Made by a program: the position numbers and the translations under genes | The notes under the pieces: generated by a model | Databases searched by the model: none | What the model was told of the DNA's origin: nothing | Seen by the model: the letters and a program-made list of their open reading frames with translations, nothing else | Source of the DNA: an uncultured delta proteobacterium | GTDB taxonomy: Bacteria; Desulfobacterota; Binatia; UBA9968 | Direction: 5' to 3' | DNA length: 64,000 nucleotides | Assembly (NCBI GenBank): GCA_963745835.1 | Contig: CAVUZH010000003.1 | Span: forward strand, 1,248,001-1,312,000 | Part shown: positions 48,911-60,646 of the stretch, piece by piece | Position numbering within the stretch: the first letter of the stretch is position 1 | Layout: each line of letters begins with the position of its first letter

Positions 48911-49177
48911 CTATCGCAGAATGCTTGAAACCGATCAAAAGCCGACCTACACCAGATTTGATTAAAAGATGCAGGCTAGCGGCCAGCGCACGGACGATCC
49001 GGCCGCTAGATCTAAGTCGCAGTATTGGTCAGCTCATTTCGGCTAATGTGAGTTCTAACCGTTTCGTTAAATGATTTCCTGTAGTAGGGCCATCGGCTGG
49101 GGCAACAATCGGTGTGCTTTCATCAGCAGAACACAAGAGGACACCGATCGGCCATTCGCAATTGTCCGCCAGATCAG

Positions 49178-49762
49178 CTATCGCCCTGGTTGCTTTTGCG
49201 CGTCCTGGACATGCCACAGGTAAAGGGTGTGCTCCCAGTTCGAAGAATCTTTCATATTCTCCGTTTTGAGTGGTTTCCACTCGCCCATATCGAAGTCGTG
49301 AGAGACAATCCGGGAACCAGGTTTCATTTGCTTCCAGATGTTTGGCCGGATCAGGAGATTAACCTCGGGCAATAGATACATCGTCAGCACCGAGGCTGGT
49401 GCCAGGTCGACAGTTCTGATGTCTTGTTGGCGAATTTCCACCAAATGTCCAACCCCGGCCTTCTTGATATTCTCTGTGGACTCCTTGATTCGTTGCGGAT
49501 CGATCTCGAAACCGATCGCTCTGACACCGTACTTCTTTGCGGCGGTGACGACGATTCTCCCATCGCCGGACCCGAGATCATACACCACATCGTCCTTTTT
49601 AACCTGGGCCAACTCGAGCATCCGATCGACCACCTCCTGCGGCGTCGGAACGTAGGGAACAATTTTTCCTTCCTGCGATTGCGCTACATCAACGTTGAAG
49701 ACCGCTGTCGCGATTAACAGAAGCGCGAGAGCTATAGAATCAATTCGGGTAGTTTTGTTCAT
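49178..49762 (-). CDS. SAM-dependent methyltransferase with signal-like N-terminus
   Basis: VPYVPTP, YDLGSGDGRI, SRIVSHDF. Confidence 0.88.
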   Translation of the reverse strand: MNKTTRIDSIALALLLIATAVFNVDVAQSQEGKIVPYVPTPQEVVDRMLELAQVKKDDVVYDLGSGDGRIVVTAAKKYGVRAIGFEIDPQRIKESTENIKKAGVGHLVEIRQQDIRTVDLAPASVLTMYLLPEVNLLIRPNIWKQMKPGSRIVSHDFDMGEWKPLKTENMKDSSNWEHTLYLWHVQDAQKQPGR

Positions 49763-49832
49763 TGCTGCCTCTTCAGGATGTTTGCTGGATACTCCCCTAC
49801 CTAGCCAACTGTCAGCGAAGCGCCAACAACGG

Positions 49833-50138
49833 TCAACCGTTCTTCTGCCAAAATCTGCCGAGCCAGCTATCATTTTCCTTCCCCGCGACTTGTTCTATTT
49901 CACCCGGATCCAGCCAAATGCCATTACATCCGGTGCATTGGTCGATCTCGATCTTTTGGAAGCTCCTGGCCTTTAGCGGTTGGCCACATTTGGGGCATGT
50001 CATGTGCGCAACGTTCTTGCCGGCCGCTGTATTCTCAGCCTCCTGTTTTGCCTTGAGTTTCGCGAGAAGCTCCCGCTCTTTTTTTACAAAATACTCGTCT
50101 TCTTGCGCCTTCTTCCGTTCGTCCCATTTATCAGCCAT
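49833..50138 (-). CDS. zf-TFIIB zinc-ribbon protein
   Basis: CPKC...IDQCTGCNGIWLDPGE. Confidence 0.85.
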   Translation of the reverse strand: MADKWDERKKAQEDEYFVKKERELLAKLKAKQEAENTAAGKNVAHMTCPKCGQPLKARSFQKIEIDQCTGCNGIWLDPGEIEQVAGKENDSWLGRFWQKNG

Positions 50139-50286
50139 GTCGTCCTCCTACTTACTCTCATAACTGCTTCAGAAGATTGCGAGGTAAAAACTTCTTGACC
50201 TGCCCGGTCGGATGCACGGCGGCAGAAACTATGCGGTGGCGCTCAACGCGATCCCAGATACATGGAGCTTTGACGATCGATAATGA

Positions 50287-50902
50287 TTAACCGGCAAACT
50301 TGTTCATGTACGGAAGCTTCGTTGCGGTTTTCTTTACCTCGCTTAAGTTAGCTCGAAGCATTGCTGTGGAATCCCAGGATCCGCTGGTCAGTGCGCTTCG
50401 GTAGGTATCCGGTAAATCAACCCCGATTTTGTCCTCGCCAAACGAGATAGTCTTTGCTTGGATATCCAAGCTAAACGTACTTCTTGGATCGTTCTCGACG
50501 GCTCGCATCAGTTTTTCAATATCTCCGGGACTAACAGTTACCGTCGGCACCCCCATTATCGTGCAGTTGCCGGCAAAAATAGCCGCAAAGGATTCGCCGA
50601 CGATGGCATTGATTCCCCATCGATACAGGGCCTGTGGCGCATGTTCGCGCGATGAGCCGCAACCAAAGTTTTTATTAACGAAAAGCAAAGATGCCCCTTT
50701 GTATTTGGGATCATTGAGCGGGTGAGGCTTCGAATTGCCTGACGCATCAAAGCGTTCGTCGAAGAATGGGATATTCACCCATGCGCGCAAAGGTAACTTC
50801 TTTCAGATAACGTGCCGGAATGATTCGGTCGGTATCGATATCGTTGCCGCGGATTGGCACCGCCCTGCCTTCTACATTGGTGATTTTCACGATTTCGCTC
50901 AT
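50287..50902 (-). CDS. leuD: 3-isopropylmalate dehydratase small subunit, one extra base near 50770
   Basis: [13 protein letters not shown] in the upstream frame, [15 protein letters not shown] downstream. Confidence 0.92.
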
Positions 50903-50911
50903 GGTCCCCTC

Positions 50912-52309
50912 TTATTGATAATCCCGCACGTCGACGACCTTACCGCTTAGCGCGGCAGCTGCGACCATGGCTGGGCTCATCAGTAGAGTTCTTCCCTGCG
51001 GGCTACCTTGACGGCCGATGAAATTACGATTCGATGAAGACGCCGAGACTTCTTTGCCATGGAGCTTATCGGGATTCATCGCCAAGCACATGGAACATCC
51101 AGCCTCGCGCCATTCAAACCCAGCTTCCGTAAATATCTCGTGCAGCCCCTCCTTCTCGGCGAGTTTCTTGACCTCGGCCGAACCGGGAACCACCAGCGCC
51201 CGGATTCCGGATCGAACCTTTCTTCCCTTGGCGATTTTAGCCGCTGCCCGCAGATCCGCGAGCCGGCCATTAGTGCACGAACCGATGAACGCCACGTCAA
51301 TCGGCGTGCCTAGAATCGGCGCGCCCGGTTGCCATCCCATATGCTCGTACGCTTTTGTCGCGCCAGCAGGATCGGAGTATTCATCGGGTTTCGGAAGCTT
51401 CTCGGTGATGCCGACCGCTTGTCCGGGATTGATTCCCCAAGTGACGGTCGGTTCGATATCTTTTCCCACAAAGTTGACGACATCGTCGTATTTGGCCTGT
51501 GCATCGGACGCGATCGACTTCCAATAGGCGACTGCGCGATCGAATGCAGCCCCAGCCGGCGCATACGGCCTGCCTTTGAGATACTCAAATGTGGTTGTGT
51601 CCGGGTTGACATAACCGACCAACGCGCCGCCTTCGATACTCATATTGCAGACGGTCATGCGCTCTTCCATGTTCATTGAGTCGATGACAGAACCGCCATA
51701 CTCGTAGGCGAAACCTTTACCGCCGGCGACGCCGAGCCGCCGGATGATATTTAGAATTACATCTTTGGCATAAACACCGGTACCGAGCGCGCCATCGATA
51801 TTAATGCGGCGCACCTTGAGCTTTTCCATCGCCAAGGTCTGTGTCGCCAAAACGTCGCGCACCTGGCTGGTGCCGATTCCAAAAGCCAGAGTGCCGAACG
51901 CTCCGTGGGTGCTGGTGTGGCTGTCGCCGCACGCCAAAGTCATTCCCGGTTGAGTCAAGCCGAGCTGCGGCCCGATGACATGGACAATTCCTTGACTGGC
52001 GCTATCTAATCCGAAGAATTCCACACCGAACTGCTTGACATTTTTTTCCAGGGCCTGTGTCAGTTCTTCAGCTTCACGATCAAGAAAAGGCCGGCTACGA
52101 ACATCGGTCGGAACAATATGATCCACCGTCGCGAAAGTTCGCTCCGGAAACGCCACATCCATGCCCTTTTCCCGCAACATATCAAACGCAGGTGCCGTGG
52201 TAATCTCGTGGATCAAATGAAGCCCAATGAAAAGCTGCGTCTGGCCCGTGGGAAGAACCCCAACGGAATGGGAATCCCATATCTTCTCGTACAGCGTTCT
52301 AGCGCTCAT
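50912..52309 (-). CDS. leuC: 3-isopropylmalate dehydratase large subunit
   Basis: [34 protein letters not shown]. Confidence 0.96.
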   Translation of the reverse strand: MSARTLYEKIWDSHSVGVLPTGQTQLFIGLHLIHEITTAPAFDMLREKGMDVAFPERTFATVDHIVPTDVRSRPFLDREAEELTQALEKNVKQFGVEFFGLDSASQGIVHVIGPQLGLTQPGMTLACGDSHTSTHGAFGTLAFGIGTSQVRDVLATQTLAMEKLKVRRINIDGALGTGVYAKDVILNIIRRLGVAGGKGFAYEYGGSVIDSMNMEERMTVCNMSIEGGALVGYVNPDTTTFEYLKGRPYAPAGAAFDRAVAYWKSIASDAQAKYDDVVNFVGKDIEPTVTWGINPGQAVGITEKLPKPDEYSDPAGATKAYEHMGWQPGAPILGTPIDVAFIGSCTNGRLADLRAAAKIAKGRKVRSGIRALVVPGSAEVKKLAEKEGLHEIFTEAGFEWREAGCSMCLAMNPDKLHGKEVSASSSNRNFIGRQGSPQGRTLLMSPAMVAAAALSGKVVDVRDYQ

Positions 52310-52455
52310 TCGCAAATCTCCTTCGCAGGATATTATCTGCCGATATCTGCGACTTCAAGAGGACTAATCCAGTGAAAAGATAAGCACTTCCTGGTCTTAC
52401 GAACTCAGCGATAATCGGGCGTTAAAGCGGATGCGGTCAAACCCGACAAGCGGAC

Positions 52456-53376
52456 CTAAAGGCAATTTTTCTTTACCCACTCGACGATTTCATTGCGTTT
52501 GGCGAACCAAACGTCGTCGTGGGACCTAGCGTATTGAATCGCCTCGTCGTAGACCTTGCCAGTCGCCGGAAATGCCATCTGACAATGCATCGCCAGGGTC
52601 AGCATCTTGGGATCACCGTCGGACTCTTCATAAAGGATGTCGAATTCATCCTTGAAAGAATTAAAGACATCACGGGCAGTGATGCCTCGCCGATACATGC
52701 CAGTATCGTTGAGTCCGCTAATCGCGTTCTTGTAGGGCACCACGATCAACGTTTTCCCGTTGATATCGACCGGATAAGGATTGTCGTCATTAACGGCATC
52801 CCCATGCCAAAGAAAACCTTCGTCGGCAAGGATGCCCAGGGTTCGCTCCGTATGGCGCATGCCGGAAGTCAGCCAACCAGTGGGTTTGTGGCCGACAAAG
52901 TCTTGAAACAACTTGGCGCAGGTCCGTATTTCCTCGCGCTCCTCTTCTTCTGTAAGATGGATCAATTGAACATCCTCGGCATACGAGTGACCAACAATCT
53001 CATGTCCTCGGGCGTGGACCGCCTTTACCGCCTCGGGATATCTGTAGATGCAGAGCGCATTTGTGTTGAAAGATGCTTTCACGCCGTGTTTATCCAAGAT
53101 GCGCAGGATGCGCCAGACTCCGGTCCGTCCGCCGTAATCGTTTTCACTGGCGGTACGACAATCATACTGTGACTTGACATCTTCTTCCTTGATCGGATTC
53201 GACCCGCCGACATGCCGCGTCCGTCGGTATTTCGCACTTGGCGTTTCAGTCCAGGCCTCTAAATTGCCGGCCAACGCAATCGCCATCCGCGCATTGTTTG
53301 GCCATTTAATTTTGATCTTCTTGGCCTTTGAGTAAACGTCATAGAAGTTGTCGTGTGCCGGCATCATGATTGTCAC
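52456..53376 (-). CDS. Polysaccharide deacetylase family protein (PuuE-like)
   Basis: YGGRTGVWRI, GHEIVGHSY, PTGW, LAMH. Confidence 0.85.
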   Translation of the reverse strand: MTIMMPAHDNFYDVYSKAKKIKIKWPNNARMAIALAGNLEAWTETPSAKYRRTRHVGGSNPIKEEDVKSQYDCRTASENDYGGRTGVWRILRILDKHGVKASFNTNALCIYRYPEAVKAVHARGHEIVGHSYAEDVQLIHLTEEEEREEIRTCAKLFQDFVGHKPTGWLTSGMRHTERTLGILADEGFLWHGDAVNDDNPYPVDINGKTLIVVPYKNAISGLNDTGMYRRGITARDVFNSFKDEFDILYEESDGDPKMLTLAMHCQMAFPATGKVYDEAIQYARSHDDVWFAKRNEIVEWVKKNCL

Positions 53377-53534
53377 CCTCCCTCATCGTCGCAGGATTGC
53401 TCATCTCGGCTAACGTATATAGAAGTGAGCGACAGTGTCAACGAAAGCCGCGATCCGCAAATGCACTAAATCGCGGCGCGCAATGGCGTTGCACCTCCAT
53501 GGCGGCTCAAGAGCCAGCGGCTTCGGTGCTGCTT

Positions 53535-54267
53535 CTAGTATTTGACTTCCATCAGGAACAACCCCTGCGCCGGCGCCTTCATGCCGGCCTGAGTACGGTC
53601 GCGCGCATCAAGAAGTGCGGCAAAGGATTGGGCTGGACGTTGCTGTCGGCCGACTTCCACTAACGTGCCAACGATATTGCGCACCATGTGACGAAGAAAA
53701 GCTGTCGCCTCTATGGTAAAAACAATCAAGTCGCCGCTTCGGTTTATCGAACTTGCATAAATCGTCCTTACAGGATGGGCGGCATCGCAACCAGCGCCTC
53801 GGAAGGAAGAAAAATCGTGCTCGCCATTGAGACAAGTGATCGCCTGGCGCATTGCAGCTGTTTCGAGAGGCTCGTGTACATGCCAGGCATATCTCAGATG
53901 GAACGGTGAAGGGCTCGATCGATTCAATATCCGGTATTCATAGATACGACTGCGCCCCTGGCGACGGGCATCGAAGGAATCCGGCACGATTTCAACAGTC
54001 TTGATTGTGATATCTTCGGGCGTTAGCGCATTGAGAGCGCGTTGCACGCGGTAGGGTTGGAGTTCCTTATCGGATATGAAGTTGGCTACTTGTCCAAGGG
54101 CATGAACACCCGCGTCGGTTCGGCCCGAACCAATGATACGTGTCGGCCGTCCCACTAACGTGGAAACGGCCTTTTCCAACACGCGCTTGAACTGTTTTGC
54201 CAGTCGCCTGAATTTGCCAGCCGCAATAATCGGTGCCGTCGTACTCGACGGTAAGCTTGACGTTCAC
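53535..54267 (-). CDS. truA: tRNA pseudouridine(38-40) synthase, one extra base near 54184
   Basis: EYDGTDYCGWQIQ upstream; GRTDAGVHA, FLRHMVR. Confidence 0.93.
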
Positions 54268-54311
54268 TGAGAGCACGAAGGAAACCGTGGCTAGCGGATC
54301 ATTCCCAATGG

Positions 54312-55334
54312 TCAGAGGTAGTCGCGAATCAGAATTTCGGCGATCTGAACCGCATTTAGTGCTGCGCCTTTGCGCAGGTTGTCGGCCACCACCCAAAGAT
54401 TGATGCCGTTTTGAATCGACTGATCTTCGCGTATGCGACCTACATAGGTAGCATCTTTGCCCGTGGCATCGAGTGCCATCGGATAGAGATTATTCTCCGG
54501 CGCATCAGCGACGATAATCCCGGGCGCTTGACGGAGCAGCGATTTCACTTCCGCAGCGGTGAGCTTTTTCTCGGTCTCCACGTTCACCGACTCCGAGTGG
54601 CTGAAAAAAACTGGGACGCGCACGGTAGTGGCCGTTACCGCCAGCGATGGCTCCCCCAGGATCTTCCGTGTCTCATGAATCATCTTCCATTCTTCTTTGG
54701 TGTATCCATCCTCCATGAAGACATCGATATGAGGTATGCAATTAAACGCAATCTGGTGCGGAAATTTTTTCTTCTCGACGTCCTTGCTGCTATACAGAGC
54801 CGCAACCTGCTCGCTTAATTCCTCCATCGCTTGCCTGCCTGCGCCCGACACCGATTGATAGGTGGAAACCACCACGCGCTTAATTCGCGCGGCATCGTGA
54901 ATCGGTTTAAGAGCAACCACCATCTGGATAGTGGAGCAGTTAGGATTAGCGATAATCCGGCGCTTCGTGTAATCACTGATAGCGCTCGCATTTACCTCCG
55001 GGACCACCAGTGGGATGTCCGGCGCCATGCGAAAGCAGGCGGTATTGTCAACCACGACAGCGCCGGCAGAAACCGCGAGAGGAGCGTATTTTGCGCTGAC
55101 GGTCCCCCCGGCAGAAAACAGCGCAATGTCGGTATTTTCAAATGAGTTCTCGTTCAACACACCGACCCGGTGCTGACGACCGTCAAACTCAAGGAACTGT
55201 CCGGCGGACCGTTCAGACGCGAGCAAGCGCATTTCGCCCACCGGAAATTTCCGTTCTTCCAACACCTCACGCATCTGTTCACCAACGGCTCCCGTGGCGC
55301 CAACGATTGCGACATTGTACCTTGGTTTTTTCAC
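54312..55334 (-). CDS. asd: Aspartate-semialdehyde dehydrogenase
   Basis: GATGAVG, NPNCST, STYQSVSGAG, DNLRKGAALN. Confidence 0.96.
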   Translation of the reverse strand: MKKPRYNVAIVGATGAVGEQMREVLEERKFPVGEMRLLASERSAGQFLEFDGRQHRVGVLNENSFENTDIALFSAGGTVSAKYAPLAVSAGAVVVDNTACFRMAPDIPLVVPEVNASAISDYTKRRIIANPNCSTIQMVVALKPIHDAARIKRVVVSTYQSVSGAGRQAMEELSEQVAALYSSKDVEKKKFPHQIAFNCIPHIDVFMEDGYTKEEWKMIHETRKILGEPSLAVTATTVRVPVFFSHSESVNVETEKKLTAAEVKSLLRQAPGIIVADAPENNLYPMALDATGKDATYVGRIREDQSIQNGINLWVVADNLRKGAALNAVQIAEILIRDYL

Positions 55335-55340
55335 CTTCGC

Positions 55341-56432
55341 TTAACCCTTCACCGCGCCGATCCTATCCCGAACCAGCTGGCCCATCTCTTTGCACCCGAC
55401 AAGCCGGCAGTCTTTCTGTTGAATATCCGCGGTTCGGTAGCCTCCATTCAAAACATCCTCCACGGCTTTTTCTACGCGATCCGCTGCCGCGCTCTGCTCA
55501 AGAGAATGACGCAGCATCATTGCCACACTGAGAATGGTTGCAAGAGGATTAGCCTTATCTTGGCCGGTAATATCGGGGGCGCTGCCATGAACCGGCTCGT
55601 ACATGCCGACTTTCCCGCCAACGCTGGCTGAAGGCAGCATGCCAATGGATCCTGTCAGCATGGCGGCTTCATCGCTCAATATGTCTCCGAACATGTTCGT
55701 AGTCACGACCACGTCAAATTGCCTGGGATTGCGGATCAGTTGCATGGCGCAGTTGTCGACCAGCATATGCTCCAATTGAATGGCCGCATAGCCCTCGTCC
55801 GCATGCACTCGGGTAACCACTTTGCGCCATAATTCGGTAGCCTCTAACACGTTGGCCTTGTCGACCGACGTAACTTTTTTACGTCGCTTCAAGGCGGCCT
55901 GAAACGCCACGTGAGCGATACGCTCGATTTCAGGAGTGGTGTAGATTTCGGTATTGACTCCACGCTCGGTTCCGTCGGGTAGTTTTGTCACACCTTTGGG
56001 GTGCCCGAAGTAAATTCCCCCGGTCAGTTCACGAACGACGAGCAGGTCAGTTCCTTCGACCACCTCTTGCTTCAACGTGGATGCCGCAGCCAGAGCAGAA
56101 AATAATTTCACCGGCCGAAGATTGGCAAACAATCCAAGTTCCTGCCGCAGCGCAAGTAGCGCGCGCTCCGGGCGAATCGAATAATCGAGTCCGTCCCATT
56201 GAGGTCCGCCCATGGCGCCGAGAAGCACGGCATTGCTTTGCTTGCATAAATTTAAGATACCATCGGTCAGGGGTCGGCCGTGAGCATCGATCGACGCGCC
56301 GCCGACAATCCCTTCCTGCAAATCGACGCCGAAACCATAAAGCTGCGCGACTTGTTGAAGCACATCGGTGCCCTGTTTCATCACCTCAGGTCCGATGCCA
56401 TCGCCCGGCAAAACTGTGATCTTGTAATTCAT
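55341..56432 (-). CDS. leuB: 3-isopropylmalate dehydrogenase
   Basis: GDGIGPEV, RELTGGIYFG, NMFGDILSD, HGSAPDI. Confidence 0.96.
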   Translation of the reverse strand: MNYKITVLPGDGIGPEVMKQGTDVLQQVAQLYGFGVDLQEGIVGGASIDAHGRPLTDGILNLCKQSNAVLLGAMGGPQWDGLDYSIRPERALLALRQELGLFANLRPVKLFSALAAASTLKQEVVEGTDLLVVRELTGGIYFGHPKGVTKLPDGTERGVNTEIYTTPEIERIAHVAFQAALKRRKKVTSVDKANVLEATELWRKVVTRVHADEGYAAIQLEHMLVDNCAMQLIRNPRQFDVVVTTNMFGDILSDEAAMLTGSIGMLPSASVGGKVGMYEPVHGSAPDITGQDKANPLATILSVAMMLRHSLEQSAAADRVEKAVEDVLNGGYRTADIQQKDCRLVGCKEMGQLVRDRIGAVKG

Positions 56433-57994
56433 GGTCCCTCTCTCTCAACCAGTTGTCGATATTGTTTCCGTCCCTGTAGCTTGTTCAGCGCATTGATATA
56501 AGCCGCTGCGCTGGCCATGATGATGTCGGTATGGGAGCCCTGTCCCGATACTCGGATGCCGCCGTCTTGAATTTGACAGGAGACCTCGCCCTGAGCATCG
56601 GCTCCGCCGGTAATAGCGTTCACCGTATAGCGAACCAGTTGCGCCTCAGAGCCGGTTATCTTGGTGATGACTTTATAGCACGCATCGACGGCGCCGTCTC
56701 CGGAAGCGTGATCCATCCGCTCCTGGCCGTCGACCCGCATTTTCAGCGTGGCAGAGGGAATGCCGTCGGAACTGGAATTGACGCTCAGATACAACAGCTC
56801 ATAACAGTCCGGCTGTCCCGGAACCCTGAGAATCTCTTCGGCAACGATCGCCTCAATGTCTTCGTCATAGACGTTTTTTTTCTTGTCTGCCAGTTCTTTG
56901 AAACGGAGGAAGGCGCGGTTCATGTCTTCCTTGCTGAGATTGAAACCGAGATGCTTTAGCCGCTCATCGAAAGCGTGTCGGCCGGAATGTTTGCCCATGA
57001 CCAGGCGATTTCCGCTGATGCCTACGGATTCGGGGGTCATGATTTCGTAGGTTTGCTTGTGCTTGAGTACCCCATCCTGATGAATACCGGCCTCGTGCGC
57101 AAAAGCGTTTTCACCGACAATCGGTTTATTGATCGGAATCGGAATTCCGGTGACCTGTGATACCAGGCGTGATGTCGGATAAAGCTGCTCGGTGATTATA
57201 TTGGTATCGAGATCGAGATAGTTCTTTCTCGTGCGCAGCGCCATCACGACCTCTTCCAGCGAGGTATTGCCGGCCCGTTCGCCGATTCCGTTAATCGTGC
57301 ATTCGATCTGTCTGGCGCCATTGTGCACGGCCGCCAACGAGTTCGCCACGGCGAGTCCGAGGTCGTTATGACAGTGCGCGCTCCAAGTCACTCGGTCTGC
57401 GCCCGCGGTTCGTTCAATCAAATTGCTCATGAGAGCGCCAAATTCGGAAGGAATTGCGTATCCGGTGGTGTCCGGAACGTTGATGGTATTGGCTCCGGCG
57501 CGAATTACTTCTTTGAATACCTGGATCATGAACTCCACTGCGCTGCGCGACGCGTCTTCCGCCGAGAATTCTATGTAATCGATATGTTTCTTCGCATAGC
57601 TAACTGCTTTGACAGCGGCTTCCAAAACCTGCTCTCGCGACATCCGAAGCTTGTGCTCCAGATGAATGTCTGAAGTCGCAATAAATATATGAATGCCGGG
57701 ATTGGCCGCATCCTCGACGGCTTTGAGCGCGCGCTCGATATCTCCTTCTTGAGAACGCGCTAGGCTGAGCACCCGCGGCCGTTTCACCTCTTTACAGACC
57801 CGTCTTACGGATTCGAAATCGCCGTCTGATGAGGCGGCAAACCCCGCCTCGATTACATCAACGCCGAGCTTTTCCAACTGGCGCGCGATGACCACTTTCT
57901 GTTCAACGGTCATGCTGGCGCCGGGCGACTGCTCGCCGTCTCGCAATGTGGTGTCGAAAATTCTGACGTGACTACTATGCAGGCTGTCTGACAT
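56429..57994 (-). CDS. leuA: 2-isopropylmalate synthase
   Basis: DTTLRDGEQSPG, HCHNDLG, GIGERAGN, HEAGIHQDG. Confidence 0.96.
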   Translation of the reverse strand: MSDSLHSSHVRIFDTTLRDGEQSPGASMTVEQKVVIARQLEKLGVDVIEAGFAASSDGDFESVRRVCKEVKRPRVLSLARSQEGDIERALKAVEDAANPGIHIFIATSDIHLEHKLRMSREQVLEAAVKAVSYAKKHIDYIEFSAEDASRSAVEFMIQVFKEVIRAGANTINVPDTTGYAIPSEFGALMSNLIERTAGADRVTWSAHCHNDLGLAVANSLAAVHNGARQIECTINGIGERAGNTSLEEVVMALRTRKNYLDLDTNIITEQLYPTSRLVSQVTGIPIPINKPIVGENAFAHEAGIHQDGVLKHKQTYEIMTPESVGISGNRLVMGKHSGRHAFDERLKHLGFNLSKEDMNRAFLRFKELADKKKNVYDEDIEAIVAEEILRVPGQPDCYELLYLSVNSSSDGIPSATLKMRVDGQERMDHASGDGAVDACYKVITKITGSEAQLVRYTVNAITGGADAQGEVSCQIQDGGIRVSGQGSHTDIIMASAAAYINALNKLQGRKQYRQLVEREGP

Positions 57995-58090
57995 GGCTCC
58001 TCCTGAGTTTGCGGCCAACACTGTCCAGAAACAAAAACTCCCGCGGCAATGCCAACGGGAGTATCCTTTGCGTGTCAGAAGAGAGGGTGG

Positions 58091-58945
58091 TTACGGTACT
58101 GCTTTCGCTCTCTCTCCTCTTTTCCCCCGTTGACGCCGTAACAGCGTCCAACACCATAAGAGTGGACCGGATAATGTGTACAACAGGAAACTCGTAAAAA
58201 ACATAACTTGCGGCGCCAGAACAGCGAGTTTAATCAAAATCAAACCAAGAACCAAGGCCGAGATCGGCAGACGCTTGCGCAAATCGGTGCTCTTCACACT
58301 GAAGTAATGAAAACCGCTAACCATCAAGAGAGCCAGACCATAAATAACCAAGAGAAGCGTCAGATGCTTGTTGGCCGCGCCTTCGCCTCCCATGTAGTAA
58401 TAAATGAGAACTGTCGCTGCGATCATTTCGGCGGCGGCTGGAATAGGTAACCCGACAAAATGTCCCTTGGCGGCGCTTTTAGCTTGCACGTTGTAACGCG
58501 CCAACCGCAATGCGCCGCAGACGACGTAGGTGCAAGCTGCCAACCATCCCCAGTTTCCCCAAGGAACAAGGGCCCAGAAATAAACCAGGATCGCTGGCGC
58601 TACGCCGAAGGAAACGACATCCGCGAGAGAATCGAGCTCTACGCCAAATTGACTGGTGGTATTGGTCAGGCGCGCCGCGTAGCCATCTACGCCGTCCAGT
58701 ACATTGGCCAGGATGATAAAGAACACCGCCTGAACGTATTCTCCATTGAACGTGGATACGATGGAAAAAAAGCCGCACATGATGTTGCCGGCGGTGAACA
58801 GGCTAGGGATTAAAAATACCCCTTTCTTAAGTTTTTCCGCAGGCATTCGCTGCCGCAGCGGAACACGCGGCCGTGTTTTTCGATGCAGCAGGCGCACCCT
58901 TGCCTGAGGATTCGGCTGCGGCTCTGGAGAATTAATTCCATTCAT
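58091..58945 (-). CDS. pssA: CDP-diacylglycerol-serine O-phosphatidyltransferase
   Basis: DGVDGYAAR..FGVELDSLADVVSFGVAP. Confidence 0.93.
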   Translation of the reverse strand: MNGINSPEPQPNPQARVRLLHRKTRPRVPLRQRMPAEKLKKGVFLIPSLFTAGNIMCGFFSIVSTFNGEYVQAVFFIILANVLDGVDGYAARLTNTTSQFGVELDSLADVVSFGVAPAILVYFWALVPWGNWGWLAACTYVVCGALRLARYNVQAKSAAKGHFVGLPIPAAAEMIAATVLIYYYMGGEGAANKHLTLLLVIYGLALLMVSGFHYFSVKSTDLRKRLPISALVLGLILIKLAVLAPQVMFFTSFLLYTLSGPLLWCWTLLRRQRGKRGERAKAVP

Positions 58946-59571
58946 ACGAATCGTCCTACGATTGTTTCTCCGCCTTTCACCCTCTGCCCTTCCAAAACTT
59001 CAATGCGACTGCTGGCCGGTAAGTAAAGATCGGTTCGAGACCCGAACATAATCAGGCCGAATTTAGCGCCCCTGCTTAGGAGATCGCTTTTTCGCGCGCG
59101 GCAGATAATCCGCCGAGCCACAACCCCGGCAACCTGCACAACCTCGACTTCTCGACTTCGGTCATCGACTAGCCTTAAGCTATTCTGTTCATTTCTCTCT
59201 GAAGCATCGTCTTTATAAGCCGCGATAAACTTGCCGGGCGTATGCTTCACATCGTCAACTTTGCCGCCGATGGGCGAACGGTTGATATGGACATCCAAAG
59301 GCGACAAGAAAATACTAACACGCGCGTCGGCTTTTTTCATCAGCGGGCCCTGTGTAACTTTGGTGATGCTGACGACTTTACCATCTGCCGGTGCCACAAT
59401 CAGTCCCTCACCATCCGGGGGACGGCGTTCCGGATCCCGGAAAAAAGCCAGCACTCCTAGCGCGAGAATACCTAAAACACCCGCAAGCCCTGACCAGCCA
59501 ATCGCCCATGCCGCAGCGCTTAAAGACGCGGTGAACAGAATAATTGGATAACCTTCTTTGGCAACCCTCAT
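58942..59571 (-). CDS. psd: Phosphatidylserine decarboxylase proenzyme
   Basis: FFRDPER, APADG, DVHINR, FGS cleavage motif. Confidence 0.93.
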   Translation of the reverse strand: MRVAKEGYPIILFTASLSAAAWAIGWSGLAGVLGILALGVLAFFRDPERRPPDGEGLIVAPADGKVVSITKVTQGPLMKKADARVSIFLSPLDVHINRSPIGGKVDDVKHTPGKFIAAYKDDASERNEQNSLRLVDDRSREVEVVQVAGVVARRIICRARKSDLLSRGAKFGLIMFGSRTDLYLPASSRIEVLEGQRVKGGETIVGRFV

Positions 59572-59629
59572 GCAAAATGATTCAAAAATGACGCGGCCCA
59601 ACGGTGACTGAATGCGACAATAACAACGC

Positions 59630-60646
59630 TCAGTTCTTACTTTTATCGACCAATCGATTCTGCGCCAACCACGGCATCATAGATCTCAGGTTCGCGCCCA
59701 CTTTCTCGAGCGGATGATTTCCGGCTTCTTTGCGCAGCTCCGAAAAGTGCGGCATGCCACACTTGTACTCGTTGATCCATTCCTCGGCGAAGCTGCCTGA
59801 CTGAATGTCACCGAGAATTTTTTTCATAGCCTGCGCGACCTCGGGGCCGATCACTCGTTTTCCACGGGTCAGATCGCCATACTCAGCCGTATTGCTGATT
59901 GAATAGCGCATGTTGGTCATGCCCCCTTCATAAATCAAATCGACGATCAGCTTAACTTCGTGGACACACTCGAAATAAGCCATCTCCGGTGGATACCCGG
60001 CGTGCACAAGCGTCTCGTAGCCCGCTTGAATCAGCGCTGTCAATCCGCCGCAGAGGACCGCTTGCTCGCCAAAAAGATCCGTTTCTGTTTCATCTTTAAA
60101 TGTGGTCTGAATGACGGCTGCGCGGGCTCCGCCGAGGGCGCTAGCATAAGCGAGTCCCACTTGGGTGGTGTCGCCAGTCGGATCCTGATGAACCGCAAGC
60201 AAGCACGGCACCCCGCGTCCCTTCTCGAACTCGCTACGCACTAGATGACCGGGCCCTTTGGGCGCGACCATAAAAACATTACACCCTTCAGGTGGCACGA
60301 CGCGTTTAAAGTGGATATTGAAGCCGTGGCCAAAGGCGAGATAATTTCCGCTCTTTAGACCCGGCTTGATTTCTTTTTCGTAGGCATCCCCTTGCAGTTC
60401 GTCAGGGAGTAAGATCATGATGATGTCGCCGACTTTAGCCGCCTCTGCGGTTTCTAAGAGCGTCAGACCGGCCTTCTCGGCTTTCTCCCAGGAACTACTG
60501 TCGCGTCTCAAACCGACAACAACATCCACACCGGAATCGCGCAGATTGTTCGCATGAGCATGGCCTTGGCTGCCGTATCCCAAAACAGCTACCTTTTTTC
60601 CCGACAAGTGCTTCAGGTCGGCATCGCGATCATAATAGACTTGCAT
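59630..60646 (-). CDS. ilvC: Ketol-acid reductoisomerase
   Basis: [29 protein letters not shown]. Confidence 0.96.
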   Translation of the reverse strand: MQVYYDRDADLKHLSGKKVAVLGYGSQGHAHANNLRDSGVDVVVGLRRDSSSWEKAEKAGLTLLETAEAAKVGDIIMILLPDELQGDAYEKEIKPGLKSGNYLAFGHGFNIHFKRVVPPEGCNVFMVAPKGPGHLVRSEFEKGRGVPCLLAVHQDPTGDTTQVGLAYASALGGARAAVIQTTFKDETETDLFGEQAVLCGGLTALIQAGYETLVHAGYPPEMAYFECVHEVKLIVDLIYEGGMTNMRYSISNTAEYGDLTRGKRVIGPEVAQAMKKILGDIQSGSFAEEWINEYKCGMPHFSELRKEAGNHPLEKVGANLRSMMPWLAQNRLVDKSKN

